From a virus, in the IMG/VR virus record IMGVR_UViG_3300045988_116708, positions 9,039-73,038 of that record: a stretch of 64,000 nt of DNA; one strand, 5' to 3'. Shown here in pieces: positions 8,023 to 17,635 of the stretch. Positions within the stretch are counted from its first letter, which is position 1; the number at the start of each line of letters is the position of its first letter. The notes under the pieces are model-generated. The model saw only the letters and a program-made list of their open reading frames with translations, did not search any database and was not told where the DNA came from. The position numbers and the translations under genes are program-made.

Positions 8023-8481
8023 ATGGGATTTACAACGTCTTGTTTTATTAGAAAAAATACGGAGGAACTTCGTAAAAAATTGGAAGAGCTGGGATATAAC
8101 CTACTTAATTCCGGTGATACGACTTTAGATGCACATAATTATGACGGTAAGGGAAGTCATAAAAATATCGAAGAAGGGAGAGCTATCATTACGTCTTATG
8201 GGAATCTCTATGGGGTGATATATAATGTAGATGCTGTCACCAAGAAAGGAAGGAGTGATTGCGGAACCAATGAGGAACTTTTCCTGGCTATAGCTGCATT
8301 AAGGGATGATAGTAACTACATGCAGTGGTTTATTTGTACTGAGGATTACATAGAATCCCCTGCTAAAGAATGGAAAGTCGGAGATTGGGATTTAAATACC
8401 TGTCCGGATGTTACGTATGAACAGCAATTACCACATTGGCGTAAGGCTACGGTAGAAGAACTTATTAATCATTTCAAATAA
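8023..8481 (+). CDS. Hypothetical protein
   Basis: ORF track. Confidence 0.6.
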   Translation: MGFTTSCFIRKNTEELRKKLEELGYNLLNSGDTTLDAHNYDGKGSHKNIEEGRAIITSYGNLYGVIYNVDAVTKKGRSDCGTNEELFLAIAALRDDSNYMQWFICTEDYIESPAKEWKVGDWDLNTCPDVTYEQQLPHWRKATVEELINHFK

Positions 8482-8496
8482 AAGCATAGTACTTGT

Positions 8497-8940
8497 ATGG
8501 AAATAAACTGTAAATACTGCCCTAAAAATGACGGTGCAGGGACGTGCAAAATAGATGACTGTCCTCTTCTTCCTATTATACAGGAAATAGAAAAAATGCA
8601 GTCATTCCTTGAAACAACCGCTAGTGATAACCCAAAAGAACTGATAGAACGTCTTACTGACATAAATGTCTACTTGGCCCGTTCAGGGAAACTCTTAGCT
8701 GATGCAAAAGCATATCAGGATCAAGTGACTGCAAATATATATTCGCAGCACATGGAGTTTATATCGCGGGTTCCGGCTACTGTTGCAATAAAGTTTGTTG
8801 CAGCCCAAAGTGTGACTGCTAATCAGTTGGTTGTATGGCTAGATCGCATAAATCGAACACTTGTTCATGCTGGAGATAATATACGTACGCAGATATCCTT
8901 TGCAAAGCAGGACATGGCATTGCAAAGAAAGGGATATTGA
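8497..8940 (+). CDS. Hypothetical protein with N-terminal Cys cluster
   Basis: CKYCPKNDGAGTCKIDDC then a helical region. Confidence 0.6.
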   Translation: MEINCKYCPKNDGAGTCKIDDCPLLPIIQEIEKMQSFLETTASDNPKELIERLTDINVYLARSGKLLADAKAYQDQVTANIYSQHMEFISRVPATVAIKFVAAQSVTANQLVVWLDRINRTLVHAGDNIRTQISFAKQDMALQRKGY

Positions 8941-8972
8941 AAAAACGTTAATCACGGAAAAATAACTGATTT

Positions 8973-9009
8973 AAAGTGATTGTTTTTACGTCACTTTTGT
9001 TTAGCTTTA
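8973..9009 (+). promoter_or_regulatory. Palindrome + promoter cassette 1
   Basis: AAAGTGA-N11-TCACTTT (8973-8997), then TTGT, then -7-like box TAGCTTTA (9002-9009), followed by CACCGTGAAAA. Confidence 0.55.
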
Positions 9010-9200
9010 CACCGTGAAAATAATGAATCATCTTAGTGGTGTTTGATGACAAAAGGATATTAAATAGGCTTTCTTGGAGTATATACCCTAAACACCACAT
9101 CAAGGGTATAGAAACTCGAAAGCCTTCGCTTTTTATAGATGAATACAATAGGCATACATGGCAAATCCATTGGTTAATTTCTAAAATACTAGATTTAATT

Positions 9201-10184
9201 ATGTCGAGACCTAATAAGACAGGTTTGAGTTATTTCCCAATGGATGTTGATTTATTCCAAGACATACGAATAAGGAAACTAATCAAGTATCAGAGTGGCA
9301 AGGCTATAACAGTATATGCTCTCCTGCTATGTCTTATCTACCAGCGTGGGTACTACATGAGGTGGGATGAAGAGTTGCCCTTCATTATATCGGAACAAAC
9401 CGGGTTTGAAGAGGCGTATATACTGGAGGTCATCAGAAGCTGCATGACACTAGGGTTATTCTCCAAGAAACTGTATGATGACGAACAAATCATTACGTCA
9501 AAAGGGATTCAAGAGCGATACCTGTATATATGTAAACTGCTCAAAAGAAGAGTGAGCATTACTGAATATTTGCTTATTGATGAAGAAAAGGAGCTTGTTA
9601 CTTCTCAAGAAACCGGGGTTATTTCCGGAAAAACCCCGGTTATTTCCGAAGAAACTGCTTTAAATTCGGTGAAAATGCAACAAAAGAAAAGAAAGGAAAA
9701 GGAAATAAAAGAAATCTCTCTATTGAGAGATAAAGAAAAGTTTCCCCCTCCCGAGGTTGTAGACAAAACATTAAGCGAATGCTATGATGAACTATCATGT
9801 GACAGAAGTTGGATTGAAATCGTAACGATGAATACACGTAATTCCGGTCATAAGGATTTTACGATAGACATGTTCGGAATGTATTTAAAACGTTTTTTCG
9901 AGAAGCTCCAAAACGAGGGAGAGGTAAGAAAGTCTCCCAAGGATGCAAAATCGCATTTCTCCCGTTGGTTGAATATTGAACTGAAAAAGAAAGGCAATTA
10001 TGAACCAAAACCAATTACCAACAACATCTACGAGCAGAAGCGAATTGATTCTGAGCGGAGAAAATCTAAACTCATGGCTGAGTTCGCAGAAGCGGACGCA
10101 AAATTCCTTGCAGAACAAGAAGCTAAACGAAAAGCAGTTGGCTTTATTGGAGAAATATCCGACACCTTCCCGGATGGCGGTTGA
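9201..10184 (+). CDS. Replisome-organizer-like protein (DUF4373 / Lin1244-type N-terminal domain)
   Basis: From ATG 9201: MSRPNKTGLSYFPMDVDLFQDIRIRKLIKYQSGKAITVYALLLCLIYQRGYY. The track start at 9036 is a GTG upstream of this conserved N-terminus. Confidence 0.65.
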   Translation: MSRPNKTGLSYFPMDVDLFQDIRIRKLIKYQSGKAITVYALLLCLIYQRGYYMRWDEELPFIISEQTGFEEAYILEVIRSCMTLGLFSKKLYDDEQIITSKGIQERYLYICKLLKRRVSITEYLLIDEEKELVTSQETGVISGKTPVISEETALNSVKMQQKKRKEKEIKEISLLRDKEKFPPPEVVDKTLSECYDELSCDRSWIEIVTMNTRNSGHKDFTIDMFGMYLKRFFEKLQNEGEVRKSPKDAKSHFSRWLNIELKKKGNYEPKPITNNIYEQKRIDSERRKSKLMAEFAEADAKFLAEQEAKRKAVGFIGEISDTFPDGG

Positions 10185-10740
10185 TTACAATCCTGACCTG
10201 CAAGGGAAACTTGCGAAGTCGAATCTTACACTTGCGGATATTGCAATGAATGACAACATACCTTCGTTGTCCATCATCCGCTCCGTGTACGGTGAAGACA
10301 ATGCACTCAGGTGGCTGAAAGTACAGTTTGACAGCCTAAACGATTATGCGGAGCAAGGGAAGGGTATAGCAGACTCACAACTGGATGAACTTTGTATTCT
10401 TGTCCTGGGTGAGTATTATTGGATGAATTTAGCTGAAATATGCAACTTCATATCCAGGCTCAAGTTGGGAAAATATGGGCAGTTTTATGGAGCCATTGGT
10501 CCGATGAAGATTACTTGTTCGCTCCTGGAGTATATTAAAGAGCGACGTATTGACATCGAACGTTATGAACGAGAGCAATACCGCATTCAACGCCAGAAGG
10601 AGATAGAAGAACGTGGGAACAACATGATTCCTTATGCTGAATATCTTGATCGAGAACGGAAACTTGTAGAAAGTGGGGATAAGGATGCTATTGAAAGAGC
10701 TTCGAAGCGTATTGGAAGCACTTGTTTGTCAACAGGTTAA
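10174..10740 (+). CDS. Hypothetical replication-module protein
   Basis: ATG 10174 (MAVDYNPDL...) overlaps the upstream stop by 11 nt. The track start at 10000 lies inside the previous gene. Confidence 0.55.
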   Translation: MAVDYNPDLQGKLAKSNLTLADIAMNDNIPSLSIIRSVYGEDNALRWLKVQFDSLNDYAEQGKGIADSQLDELCILVLGEYYWMNLAEICNFISRLKLGKYGQFYGAIGPMKITCSLLEYIKERRIDIERYEREQYRIQRQKEIEERGNNMIPYAEYLDRERKLVESGDKDAIERASKRIGSTCLSTG

Positions 10741-11112
10741 TTAAAGATAAAGCCTTGTGAATAAAACAGGTAACGTTTGTTTACAAGTGGAAAAATAAGT
10801 AACTTTATACCTGTAAATCAGAAATATATAAAATATAAGAGCAATGAAAACAATTAGAAAATTAACTGAAAGGGAAGTGGTACTCAACAGGCTCATACAA
10901 CCTATTCTTATGCCTGTTATTTACTCACTAAATTACAAAGTTAGTAACCAAACAGATGATAATTCAAGGTTATCCAGTAATTTGTAACGGCATTCATAAT
11001 GTCGGAAGGCATCTTAAGCCTATGTGCAAACAATGCCCGTTGTATACCAAAGGAAAGCAGCCATTTAGAAGTTCATGGCGTATAAGTGGAATTGAAAAAT
11101 GTATTATAAATC

Positions 11113-11505
11113 ATGTTAGTAGGAACAACAAATCTTAATACGACGCTCAATATGGCATACGTCCTGACCGACGTCGTGGAAACGCTTCTCTACGATTTGA
11201 GAAGTGAAATGGGAAAACAAGGTTATGAATTGCGTCATGATGCAAAACGCAACTTCAACACTGCGATTTCCTCCATCCGTAAATTGAAGCTTGACGTTGA
11301 CAAAACGCAGCTCTCTACACAGGAAAACTTCGGGAATGACTCCGATTGTCTTCTTGCCTTCATCCGGCTATTGGTAGATCGCTGCGGTGATGATGACAAG
11401 AAGATGTTTGAGTTCTATAATTATATCAAGCGGTATCCGTCTCAACTCGGCTTGAAACTGTCTGATGAAAAGTGTGTGTTTGCGCATGTTTTTGAGAATA
11501 AATAA
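11113..11505 (+). CDS. Hypothetical protein (start may be 11152)
   Basis: ORF track. Confidence 0.5.
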   Translation: MLVGTTNLNTTLNMAYVLTDVVETLLYDLRSEMGKQGYELRHDAKRNFNTAISSIRKLKLDVDKTQLSTQENFGNDSDCLLAFIRLLVDRCGDDDKKMFEFYNYIKRYPSQLGLKLSDEKCVFAHVFENK

Positions 11506-11534
11506 CTATCAAGACAAATAAGAAAGGAACTAAT

Positions 11535-11903
11535 ATGAAATTAACAAAAGAAGAAGATAAAGTAATCTGCAAGTTTTTAAAAAATGTATCGGACGAAGGA
11601 GGTAAAAGCCTGGTTAGATTAATGCAGTTTGTTCTTATAAAACTATCAGAAGATGCTATTCTGATGAACGCTGCCGAAGTAGTTTTAAGTCAAATTATGG
11701 CTTTCGAAGGCGAGAAATACAATACACGCATGGCCATCCAATACTCTAAAGTCGGTGAAAAAACTTTGGAAGAACGTGCATACGAAATAGCTGACTGGAT
11801 GCTTTCGTTAGGATCTGAAAACTGCGATCTTCGGGAAGAGTTGAAAAAGGCTATTTTAGCCGGATATAATTTGCATCATGAAGATTTCGATGACGAAGAA
11901 TAA
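11535..11903 (+). CDS. Hypothetical protein
   Basis: ORF track. Confidence 0.6.
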   Translation: MKLTKEEDKVICKFLKNVSDEGGKSLVRLMQFVLIKLSEDAILMNAAEVVLSQIMAFEGEKYNTRMAIQYSKVGEKTLEERAYEIADWMLSLGSENCDLREELKKAILAGYNLHHEDFDDEE

Positions 11904-11920
11904 TTCAAATTAAGATAAAA

Positions 11921-12142
11921 ATGAAAGCAGAATTATATAAAGAACTACGCCAGTCTGAGCAATACATGGAAATGCTGGAAGCTGGTATAAAAGCTCTTTC
12001 TGAGCTTTTGGAAACATTTGATATAGTGAATAAAATAAGAGAAAATACTATAGTAGAAGCTCACGGACACTTAACCATTGAGCTGAATGATGAAAAAGAA
12101 TATTATAAACGATTGATTAAACAATTAGATAATAAAAATTAG
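11921..12142 (+). CDS. Hypothetical coiled-coil protein
   Basis: ORF track. Confidence 0.55.
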   Translation: MKAELYKELRQSEQYMEMLEAGIKALSELLETFDIVNKIRENTIVEAHGHLTIELNDEKEYYKRLIKQLDNKN

Positions 12143-12155
12143 AAAGGAATAAATT

Positions 12156-12473
12156 ATGAAAAGTGGAATCGAAATTATAGCAGAAGAACGCAAGAGACAA
12201 ATTGAAGTTGAAGGATGGACACCGGAACATGATGATGAACATCGTTGTGGGGAATTGTCCGATGCAGCAGCTTGTTATGCCACCAGAGGTTACTGGCGTA
12301 ATTATCAACGTAATCCAGCTTATTCCATGATATGGCCTTTTAGCGTAGATTGGTGGAAACCAATGGCAGATGATTTATTAGGGGAGGAATACATTGATGG
12401 TCGTATAAAAGAGCTTGCAAAAGCTGGTGCACTCATTGCTGCCGAAATTGATAGATTGCAAAGATTGAAATAG
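12156..12473 (+). CDS. Conserved phage protein (EHDDEH ... KAGALIAAEIDRL type)
   Basis: GWTPEHDDEHRCGELSDAAACYA...WPF..WWKP...LAKAGALIAAEIDRL recurs in many phages as an uncharacterised family; this is from memory only. Confidence 0.6.
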   Translation: MKSGIEIIAEERKRQIEVEGWTPEHDDEHRCGELSDAAACYATRGYWRNYQRNPAYSMIWPFSVDWWKPMADDLLGEEYIDGRIKELAKAGALIAAEIDRLQRLK

Positions 12474-12649
12474 TCCTCAAAATAAAGATAGAAAGGAATA
12501 TTTATGAAGAGTAAAAAAATAACCGTAATCATGCTCGCTTATCTGCCAAATAGAGTTTCAAGAGATATTAGACCGACAGGTAGAACGAGTTTTGAAAGGA
12601 GAAATTAGTATTAACGATGTAGCCTGAAAAGGCTCAAAACAATTTAGAA

Positions 12650-12892
12650 ATGAATAGTGATGGTAATAAAATTCTGGATGCTATTAAGAGAATGGCAGCA
12701 GATGACAATAAAGGTTTGATAATGACCACTACGATAGTCGATGTTAAAGATGATCCGCGCGGCTCAATCGTTGGCTTTGGGACTGAAAAAGTTTGCGGAG
12801 ATGATGCATTCGCCCAGACAATGGGTTTACCAGGCAAGTATATGGCATGTGCCTTTTTTATAGATCGAGAAGAACTAAAGAAATACCTCTAA
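12650..12892 (+). CDS. Hypothetical protein
   Basis: ORF track. Confidence 0.5.
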   Translation: MNSDGNKILDAIKRMAADDNKGLIMTTTIVDVKDDPRGSIVGFGTEKVCGDDAFAQTMGLPGKYMACAFFIDREELKKYL

Positions 12893-12903
12893 ACGATACA
12901 GTA

Positions 12904-13065
12904 ATGAAGAAAATACTAATAATTCTCGCAGTCACCTCGCTGATAGGCTGCACTACCCCCAAAGCCTCACATACGACATTTAAGAGAGAATATAAAGAGA
13001 ACCGCTTTACAAAACAGTTTCAAGAAGCGGATTCAATGTTTAATCAAAAATATTTATTAAAATGA
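12904..13065 (+). CDS. Small lipoprotein (53 aa)
   Basis: MKKILIILAVTSLIGC: signal peptide plus lipobox Cys. The ATG at 12904 is preferred over the track start 12847. Confidence 0.5.
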   Translation: MKKILIILAVTSLIGCTTPKASHTTFKREYKENRFTKQFQEADSMFNQKYLLK

Positions 13066-13544
13066 AAACATTAGATGAAAAGGCTGCTGAATATGCAGCG
13101 AGTGTAGTATCGTGTAATAAAGAAGCAAAAGAGTGTGAGGGACTTATTCAAACAGCTTACATTCTTGGAGCAACAACGGAAGGAGAATTGTTGAGAGAAG
13201 AAACAGGAACCTTCGGGCAAGCACTTGAATCCCTCAAACGGGGGCATCTTGTTACTCGTAAAGGATGGAATGGCAAAGGTATGTTTATATTCATGCGTCC
13301 TGCTGATGAACTTCATATTGGCTTTGTAGCCAAAGATATTAAGTCTTTACCTCAAAAAGTGAAAGATTACTATTATCAGGATTGTGTTGACGAAAACGGT
13401 AATCCTATCGAACTGGAAAAGGATGACACAGTAAAATTCACAGCATACATTTGCATGAAAGCCGCTGATGGCTCTATCGTAAACGGTTGGCTTGCTTCCC
13501 AAACGGATATGCTTGCTAACGACTGGATGATATTTGAGTTTTAA
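13062..13544 (+). CDS. DUF2829-domain protein (Tad2-like candidate)
   Basis: FGQALESLKRGHLVTRKGWNGKGMFIF...ICMKAADGSIVNGWLASQTDMLANDWMIF is the DUF2829 N- and C-terminal signature. Confidence 0.7.
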   Translation: MKTLDEKAAEYAASVVSCNKEAKECEGLIQTAYILGATTEGELLREETGTFGQALESLKRGHLVTRKGWNGKGMFIFMRPADELHIGFVAKDIKSLPQKVKDYYYQDCVDENGNPIELEKDDTVKFTAYICMKAADGSIVNGWLASQTDMLANDWMIFEF

Positions 13545-13577
13545 CATACTGCCATACGGTGGCTGAACGTCCGCCGT

Positions 13578-13907
13578 ATGGCTCAAAACAGAATAGTAAT
13601 GAACAAAAATATAATCATAAAGAAAGAGAAGCCTATCTGTCAGTTAGATGGGCTTCCGGGAGTAAAAAGACGTAAGGTTGATGCGTATAGTATCAATAAT
13701 ACAAGTGACATTGAATCAACCATCGAACTGGGATATGCGTGTACTTCTGCCGGAGATAATGGAGCTATAAATGTTTGGAAGGATGATGCAGGAATTATTC
13801 GCGGTGAATTAATGCGGTACTGTGTAACTGTTGAAAAAAGAACGTTTACCAGCTATGCAGAAGTGGAAAAATGCGTTAGTGATTGGCTTGAAAGGATTAA
13901 CCCATAA
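13578..13907 (+). CDS. Hypothetical protein
   Basis: ORF track. The start codon lies in the 3' arm of the 9-bp hairpin GCCATACGG (13551-13559) / CCGTATGGC (13574-13582). Confidence 0.55.
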   Translation: MAQNRIVMNKNIIIKKEKPICQLDGLPGVKRRKVDAYSINNTSDIESTIELGYACTSAGDNGAINVWKDDAGIIRGELMRYCVTVEKRTFTSYAEVEKCVSDWLERINP

Positions 13908-13917
13908 CAGTACAGAA

Positions 13918-14151
13918 ATGAAAGATTCAGAAAAATATATTGCAAGTATAATAGATAAATTCCCCATCAATAGTTTGCCAAAGTTTACGATACATGAGTT
14001 ATCTCACATTATCAATTTGGTTCGCAATGAAGAACGTCAGAAAGCGACTGAAGCATTTCGTATTATGGGAGAAGAAACACGCTTTGATATTCCTATAGAC
14101 GTTTTAGGGAAAGCGAGAGAAATTTTTGAACGAGAGTTAAATTCAGATTAG
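13918..14151 (+). CDS. Hypothetical protein
   Basis: ATG 13918 follows the upstream stop. The track start 13831 overlaps the previous gene. Confidence 0.5.
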   Translation: MKDSEKYIASIIDKFPINSLPKFTIHELSHIINLVRNEERQKATEAFRIMGEETRFDIPIDVLGKAREIFERELNSD

Positions 14152-14158
14152 TTTAGAA

Positions 14159-14641
14159 ATGAACACAAGTTTTGAAAGAACGGCTGCTGCTACCGATGAA
14201 TGGTACACACCGAAAGAAATAATAGACAGTTTAGGCAGATTTGACCTCGACCCGTGCGCTCCCATAAATCCACTTTGGCAGACAGCTAAGATAATGTACA
14301 ATAAGAGCGATGACGGGTTATCTAAGAAGTGGAGGGGTCGTGTTTGGCTTAATCCTCCTTATTCCCGTCCTCTTATCGAGCAATTTGTTCGCAAGTTAGC
14401 GGAGCATGGTAACGGTATAGCATTGCTTTTTAATCGTTGTGATAGTAAGATGTTTCAAGATATCATCTTTGAGAAAGCTACGGCTATGAAGTTCCTCCGA
14501 AATCGTATTAGGTTCTATCTCCCAGACGGTACTCGTGGAGATTCGCCCGGTTGTGGTAGCATTTTAATCGCTTTCGGCGAAGAGAATGCAGAAGTATTAA
14601 GGACATGCGACATCGCAGGTAAATATGTACGAATCAATTAG
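14159..14641 (+). CDS. dam: Phage DNA N6-adenine methyltransferase (Dam family)
   Basis: DEWYTPKEIIDSLGRFDLDPCA...WRGRVWLNPPYS; NPPY catalytic motif. Confidence 0.8.
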   Translation: MNTSFERTAAATDEWYTPKEIIDSLGRFDLDPCAPINPLWQTAKIMYNKSDDGLSKKWRGRVWLNPPYSRPLIEQFVRKLAEHGNGIALLFNRCDSKMFQDIIFEKATAMKFLRNRIRFYLPDGTRGDSPGCGSILIAFGEENAEVLRTCDIAGKYVRIN

Positions 14642-14658
14642 AGTAAAACAAAGAAGAT

Positions 14659-14859
14659 ATGAAAGAATCACATACAGGCATTGGGATATGCCATTGTTAC
14701 CAATGTCGAATGGATAAAAAACATTGCAGTTCTAAAAAAAGAAAGTTTGAGAAACGGGCTATAAATAAGTTCCGTCGGAAACAATTGAAATTAGATGAAA
14801 TAATAAAATGCAATCGTTTTGGAAATATTGGGCTTGATCCCAATATTTTCCGATTTTAA
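14659..14859 (+). CDS. Small basic Cys-containing protein
   Basis: CHCYQC plus the Lys/Arg-rich tract SSKKRKFEKRAINKFRRKQLK. Confidence 0.45.
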   Translation: MKESHTGIGICHCYQCRMDKKHCSSKKRKFEKRAINKFRRKQLKLDEIIKCNRFGNIGLDPNIFRF

Positions 14860-14877
14860 AAAAGAAAGGATCTAATT

Positions 14878-15255
14878 ATGAAACAGACAGTAGAAAAAGC
14901 AGCAATATCATTTGCAAATAAATGCCGTGTTGCAAATATTAAAGGAGGTCTTGACTATCCTTATGATGAACTTGATATGAGAAATGCTTTTGAGGAAGGA
15001 GTAAATTGGCAGTCAAAGCAATCTCCTTGGATAAGCGTGGAGGAACGGTTGCCTGAATATCCGTGTTGGGTGCTTGTGACAGGTAAGGAGTATAAATATC
15101 GAATTTTGTTTTACTGTGGAGGTAAGTTTTATACAGATAAAAGTTTAACATCATATGATGGGAGCATTCTTTTCTGGATGCCCATTCCCACCTTCGATGA
15201 AATCCTTGAAGCGAACAAAGATGTGTTGAAACGAATTAAAGAGAAAGGAGATTAA
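14878..15255 (+). CDS. DUF551-like phage protein
   Basis: WISVEERLPEYPCWVLV... is the usual DUF551 pattern. Confidence 0.55.
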   Translation: MKQTVEKAAISFANKCRVANIKGGLDYPYDELDMRNAFEEGVNWQSKQSPWISVEERLPEYPCWVLVTGKEYKYRILFYCGGKFYTDKSLTSYDGSILFWMPIPTFDEILEANKDVLKRIKEKGD

Positions 15256-15257
15256 AT

Positions 15258-15578
15258 ATGAAAGCAAGAGTAAAATCAACCGGAGTTCTGATAGATGTAA
15301 TTCCGAAAATAAACACCAGTGCGCAACATAGCATAGATAATCTGTATGTATGCGATAATATGGTTTTCAGAGAGTGTGAACTTGACTTTTTAAATCTTGG
15401 AAATTCAGCTATTGATTGGGAACAGAGGCGTTATGAAATAGCGAAAGCCGCTATGCAAGGGATTTTATGCGCTCCTATTGTTGAGGGAGTAGATCCTAAT
15501 CCAACACCTTGGGAACTGGCAAGGATGGCAGTAAGAAACGCTGATGCTCTTATTAAAGAACTAAAGAAAGGGGAATAA
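15258..15578 (+). CDS. Hypothetical protein
   Basis: ORF track. Confidence 0.55.
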   Translation: MKARVKSTGVLIDVIPKINTSAQHSIDNLYVCDNMVFRECELDFLNLGNSAIDWEQRRYEIAKAAMQGILCAPIVEGVDPNPTPWELARMAVRNADALIKELKKGE

Positions 15579-15580
15579 CC

Positions 15581-15964
15581 ATGACCGAAGAGCTTGTAAC
15601 GTTTGAAACAGCAAAGTTTTTAAAAGAAAAAGGTTTTGACATAGCTTGTGAAAATGTTGTTAGAGAAGATAAAACGCGCATGAATACTTTATTTAGAATA
15701 AATAAGAATCTACCTAAAACATGTTATTCTCTACCTACCCAAGCTATTGCGGCTAAATGGTTAAGAGAAAGACACGAAATAAATGTGTCTGTACTTAGAA
15801 TGACAGAAAGATATGGTGGTGCGGTTGCTGAACATAATCTGCTGAAATACTTTTATCATATTCAAATCCCTAACAGACAATCTATAGTTGATGTAGGTAT
15901 ATATTATTTCACCTACGAAGAAGCACTTGAAGCAGGAATACAGGAAGCATTAAAACTTATGTGA
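15581..15964 (+). CDS. Hypothetical protein
   Basis: ORF track. Confidence 0.55.
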   Translation: MTEELVTFETAKFLKEKGFDIACENVVREDKTRMNTLFRINKNLPKTCYSLPTQAIAAKWLRERHEINVSVLRMTERYGGAVAEHNLLKYFYHIQIPNRQSIVDVGIYYFTYEEALEAGIQEALKLM

Positions 15965-15966
15965 TT

Positions 15967-16536
15967 ATGGACAATATTAATTTGAATAAATGGCGCGACC
16001 GTGCTTATAAGACCGCTTGTGAGCACGGTTTCCATGATAAGGAGCTGAGTAAAGAACACTGCCTTTGCCTTGTCATTTCTGAGCTTATGGAAGCTGTGGA
16101 AGCGGACCGAAAAGGTAGATTAGGAAAAAATTGTAAACGTCGTTTTGAAATGGAATACAATCGTTACCCTGCATTGGTGAAAGAAGAGATGCGATTCAAA
16201 TGCACGTTTGAAAAGCATATAAAAGATTCACTTTTTGATGAACTGAGCGATGCAGTTATACGCTTGCTTGACTTGTGCGGAATGTGTAAGATAGATTTAG
16301 AAAATGACTGCTTAGACAATGAAGTGCTTGAAGAATATTCGCGTATATTCATTGGCAAAACATTCACAGAGTCTATTTTCAATATTACTAAAAATCTTAT
16401 TGATGGAGATATATCCTACTCTCTAATTAAGATTTTCGGGCTTGCTAAGCATCTTGATATTGATTTGCTCTGGCATATTGAACAGAAACAAAGATATAAT
16501 GAATTAAGACCTATGTTGAACGGGAAAAGATATTAA
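15967..16536 (+). CDS. MazG-like nucleotide pyrophosphohydrolase
   Basis: LVISELMEAVEADRKG ... DELSDAVIRLLDLCG: paired EExxE/D helices typical of phage MazG. Confidence 0.6.
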   Translation: MDNINLNKWRDRAYKTACEHGFHDKELSKEHCLCLVISELMEAVEADRKGRLGKNCKRRFEMEYNRYPALVKEEMRFKCTFEKHIKDSLFDELSDAVIRLLDLCGMCKIDLENDCLDNEVLEEYSRIFIGKTFTESIFNITKNLIDGDISYSLIKIFGLAKHLDIDLLWHIEQKQRYNELRPMLNGKRY

Positions 16537-16538
16537 TC

Positions 16539-16982
16539 ATGAATCATACAATAAAATTCAGAGGGAAAACGGTTAATGGCAATAAATGGGTATATGGAGA
16601 TTTGCTTCATATTGCTGGAGGATATATTATATATCATGGCTCTCAAAAAGATTGTGAGATTACTACCGGCAAGCATGTTGCCGTTGAGTTGCTTCATGAT
16701 GAAATCTCTGTTGTTGTTCCAGAGACCGTCGGGCAATTTACTGGTTTATTCGACAAAAACGGAAAAGAAATATATGGAGGTGACATTGTACAACTTGACT
16801 ATATTACAACGATTGGAAAACATCGCATAGGACTTTCATTTGAAGTTAAATGGTGTACCCAAGAAGGATGTTGGGTTGGATGGGATGGCTTTGTAGAAAA
16901 TGCTCTTCAACAAACATGCAAAATGTTTGTAGTTAAAGGAAACATTTATGATAATCCGGAGTTGATGAAGGAGGAATTATGA
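16539..16982 (+). CDS. YopX-family protein
   Basis: KFRGK...WVYGDL...TVGQFTGLFDKNGKEIYGGDIV...GNIYDNPELM. Confidence 0.8.
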   Translation: MNHTIKFRGKTVNGNKWVYGDLLHIAGGYIIYHGSQKDCEITTGKHVAVELLHDEISVVVPETVGQFTGLFDKNGKEIYGGDIVQLDYITTIGKHRIGLSFEVKWCTQEGCWVGWDGFVENALQQTCKMFVVKGNIYDNPELMKEEL

Positions 16983-17593
16983 AAAAGATACTTTTTAATG
17001 ATAAATATGAACTTGCACAGGCTGTTCTTGACGGTCGGAAGACGATGACGAGAAGGGCAATAACTTGTCCGAGAACCTTTAGAGGTGAATGGGTTGCAGG
17101 ATTCAATGTGCATATCCAGCAATCTGACAGGAAAATAGTTGATTATCCTTGTATGTACGATGCAGACGAAAGGGAATTTGATGGGGGCCAAATACTTCCA
17201 AAATACAAAGTAGGCGAAGTGGTTGCTATTGCGCAATGCTATAGGGATATTGACCAGCTTCACCGAAATGGTAAAAATGCAGCTTATTTAGAACTGTTAC
17301 CTGGACTGAAATTATATCCAGGATGGGGTAACAAAATGTTTGTTAGATCTGATCTAATGCTACATCATATCCGTATTACTGATATCAAAGTCGAGCGCCT
17401 AAAGGGTATATCTGATACAGATTGCTTACGTGAGGGAATAGTGAAGGGGCAATGCGGCTCAAAAGAAACACATTTATCAAGTGTTGATACAAACATTTGT
17501 ACTTGGGAAACAGAATATTCTGTTGACTATCTAAAAAACGGTAAGACATGGACGATGATTGGGGTTCCTGCAAGAGCGATAGATTTAGCATAA
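16979..17593 (+). CDS. ASCH-like domain protein
   Basis: AVLDGRKTMTRRAI near the N-terminus; weak call. Confidence 0.45.
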   Translation: MKKILFNDKYELAQAVLDGRKTMTRRAITCPRTFRGEWVAGFNVHIQQSDRKIVDYPCMYDADEREFDGGQILPKYKVGEVVAIAQCYRDIDQLHRNGKNAAYLELLPGLKLYPGWGNKMFVRSDLMLHHIRITDIKVERLKGISDTDCLREGIVKGQCGSKETHLSSVDTNICTWETEYSVDYLKNGKTWTMIGVPARAIDLA

Positions 17594-17635
17594 GTTTAAC
17601 CGCAGGGCGAAAGCCCTATATAACACATAAGAGCA

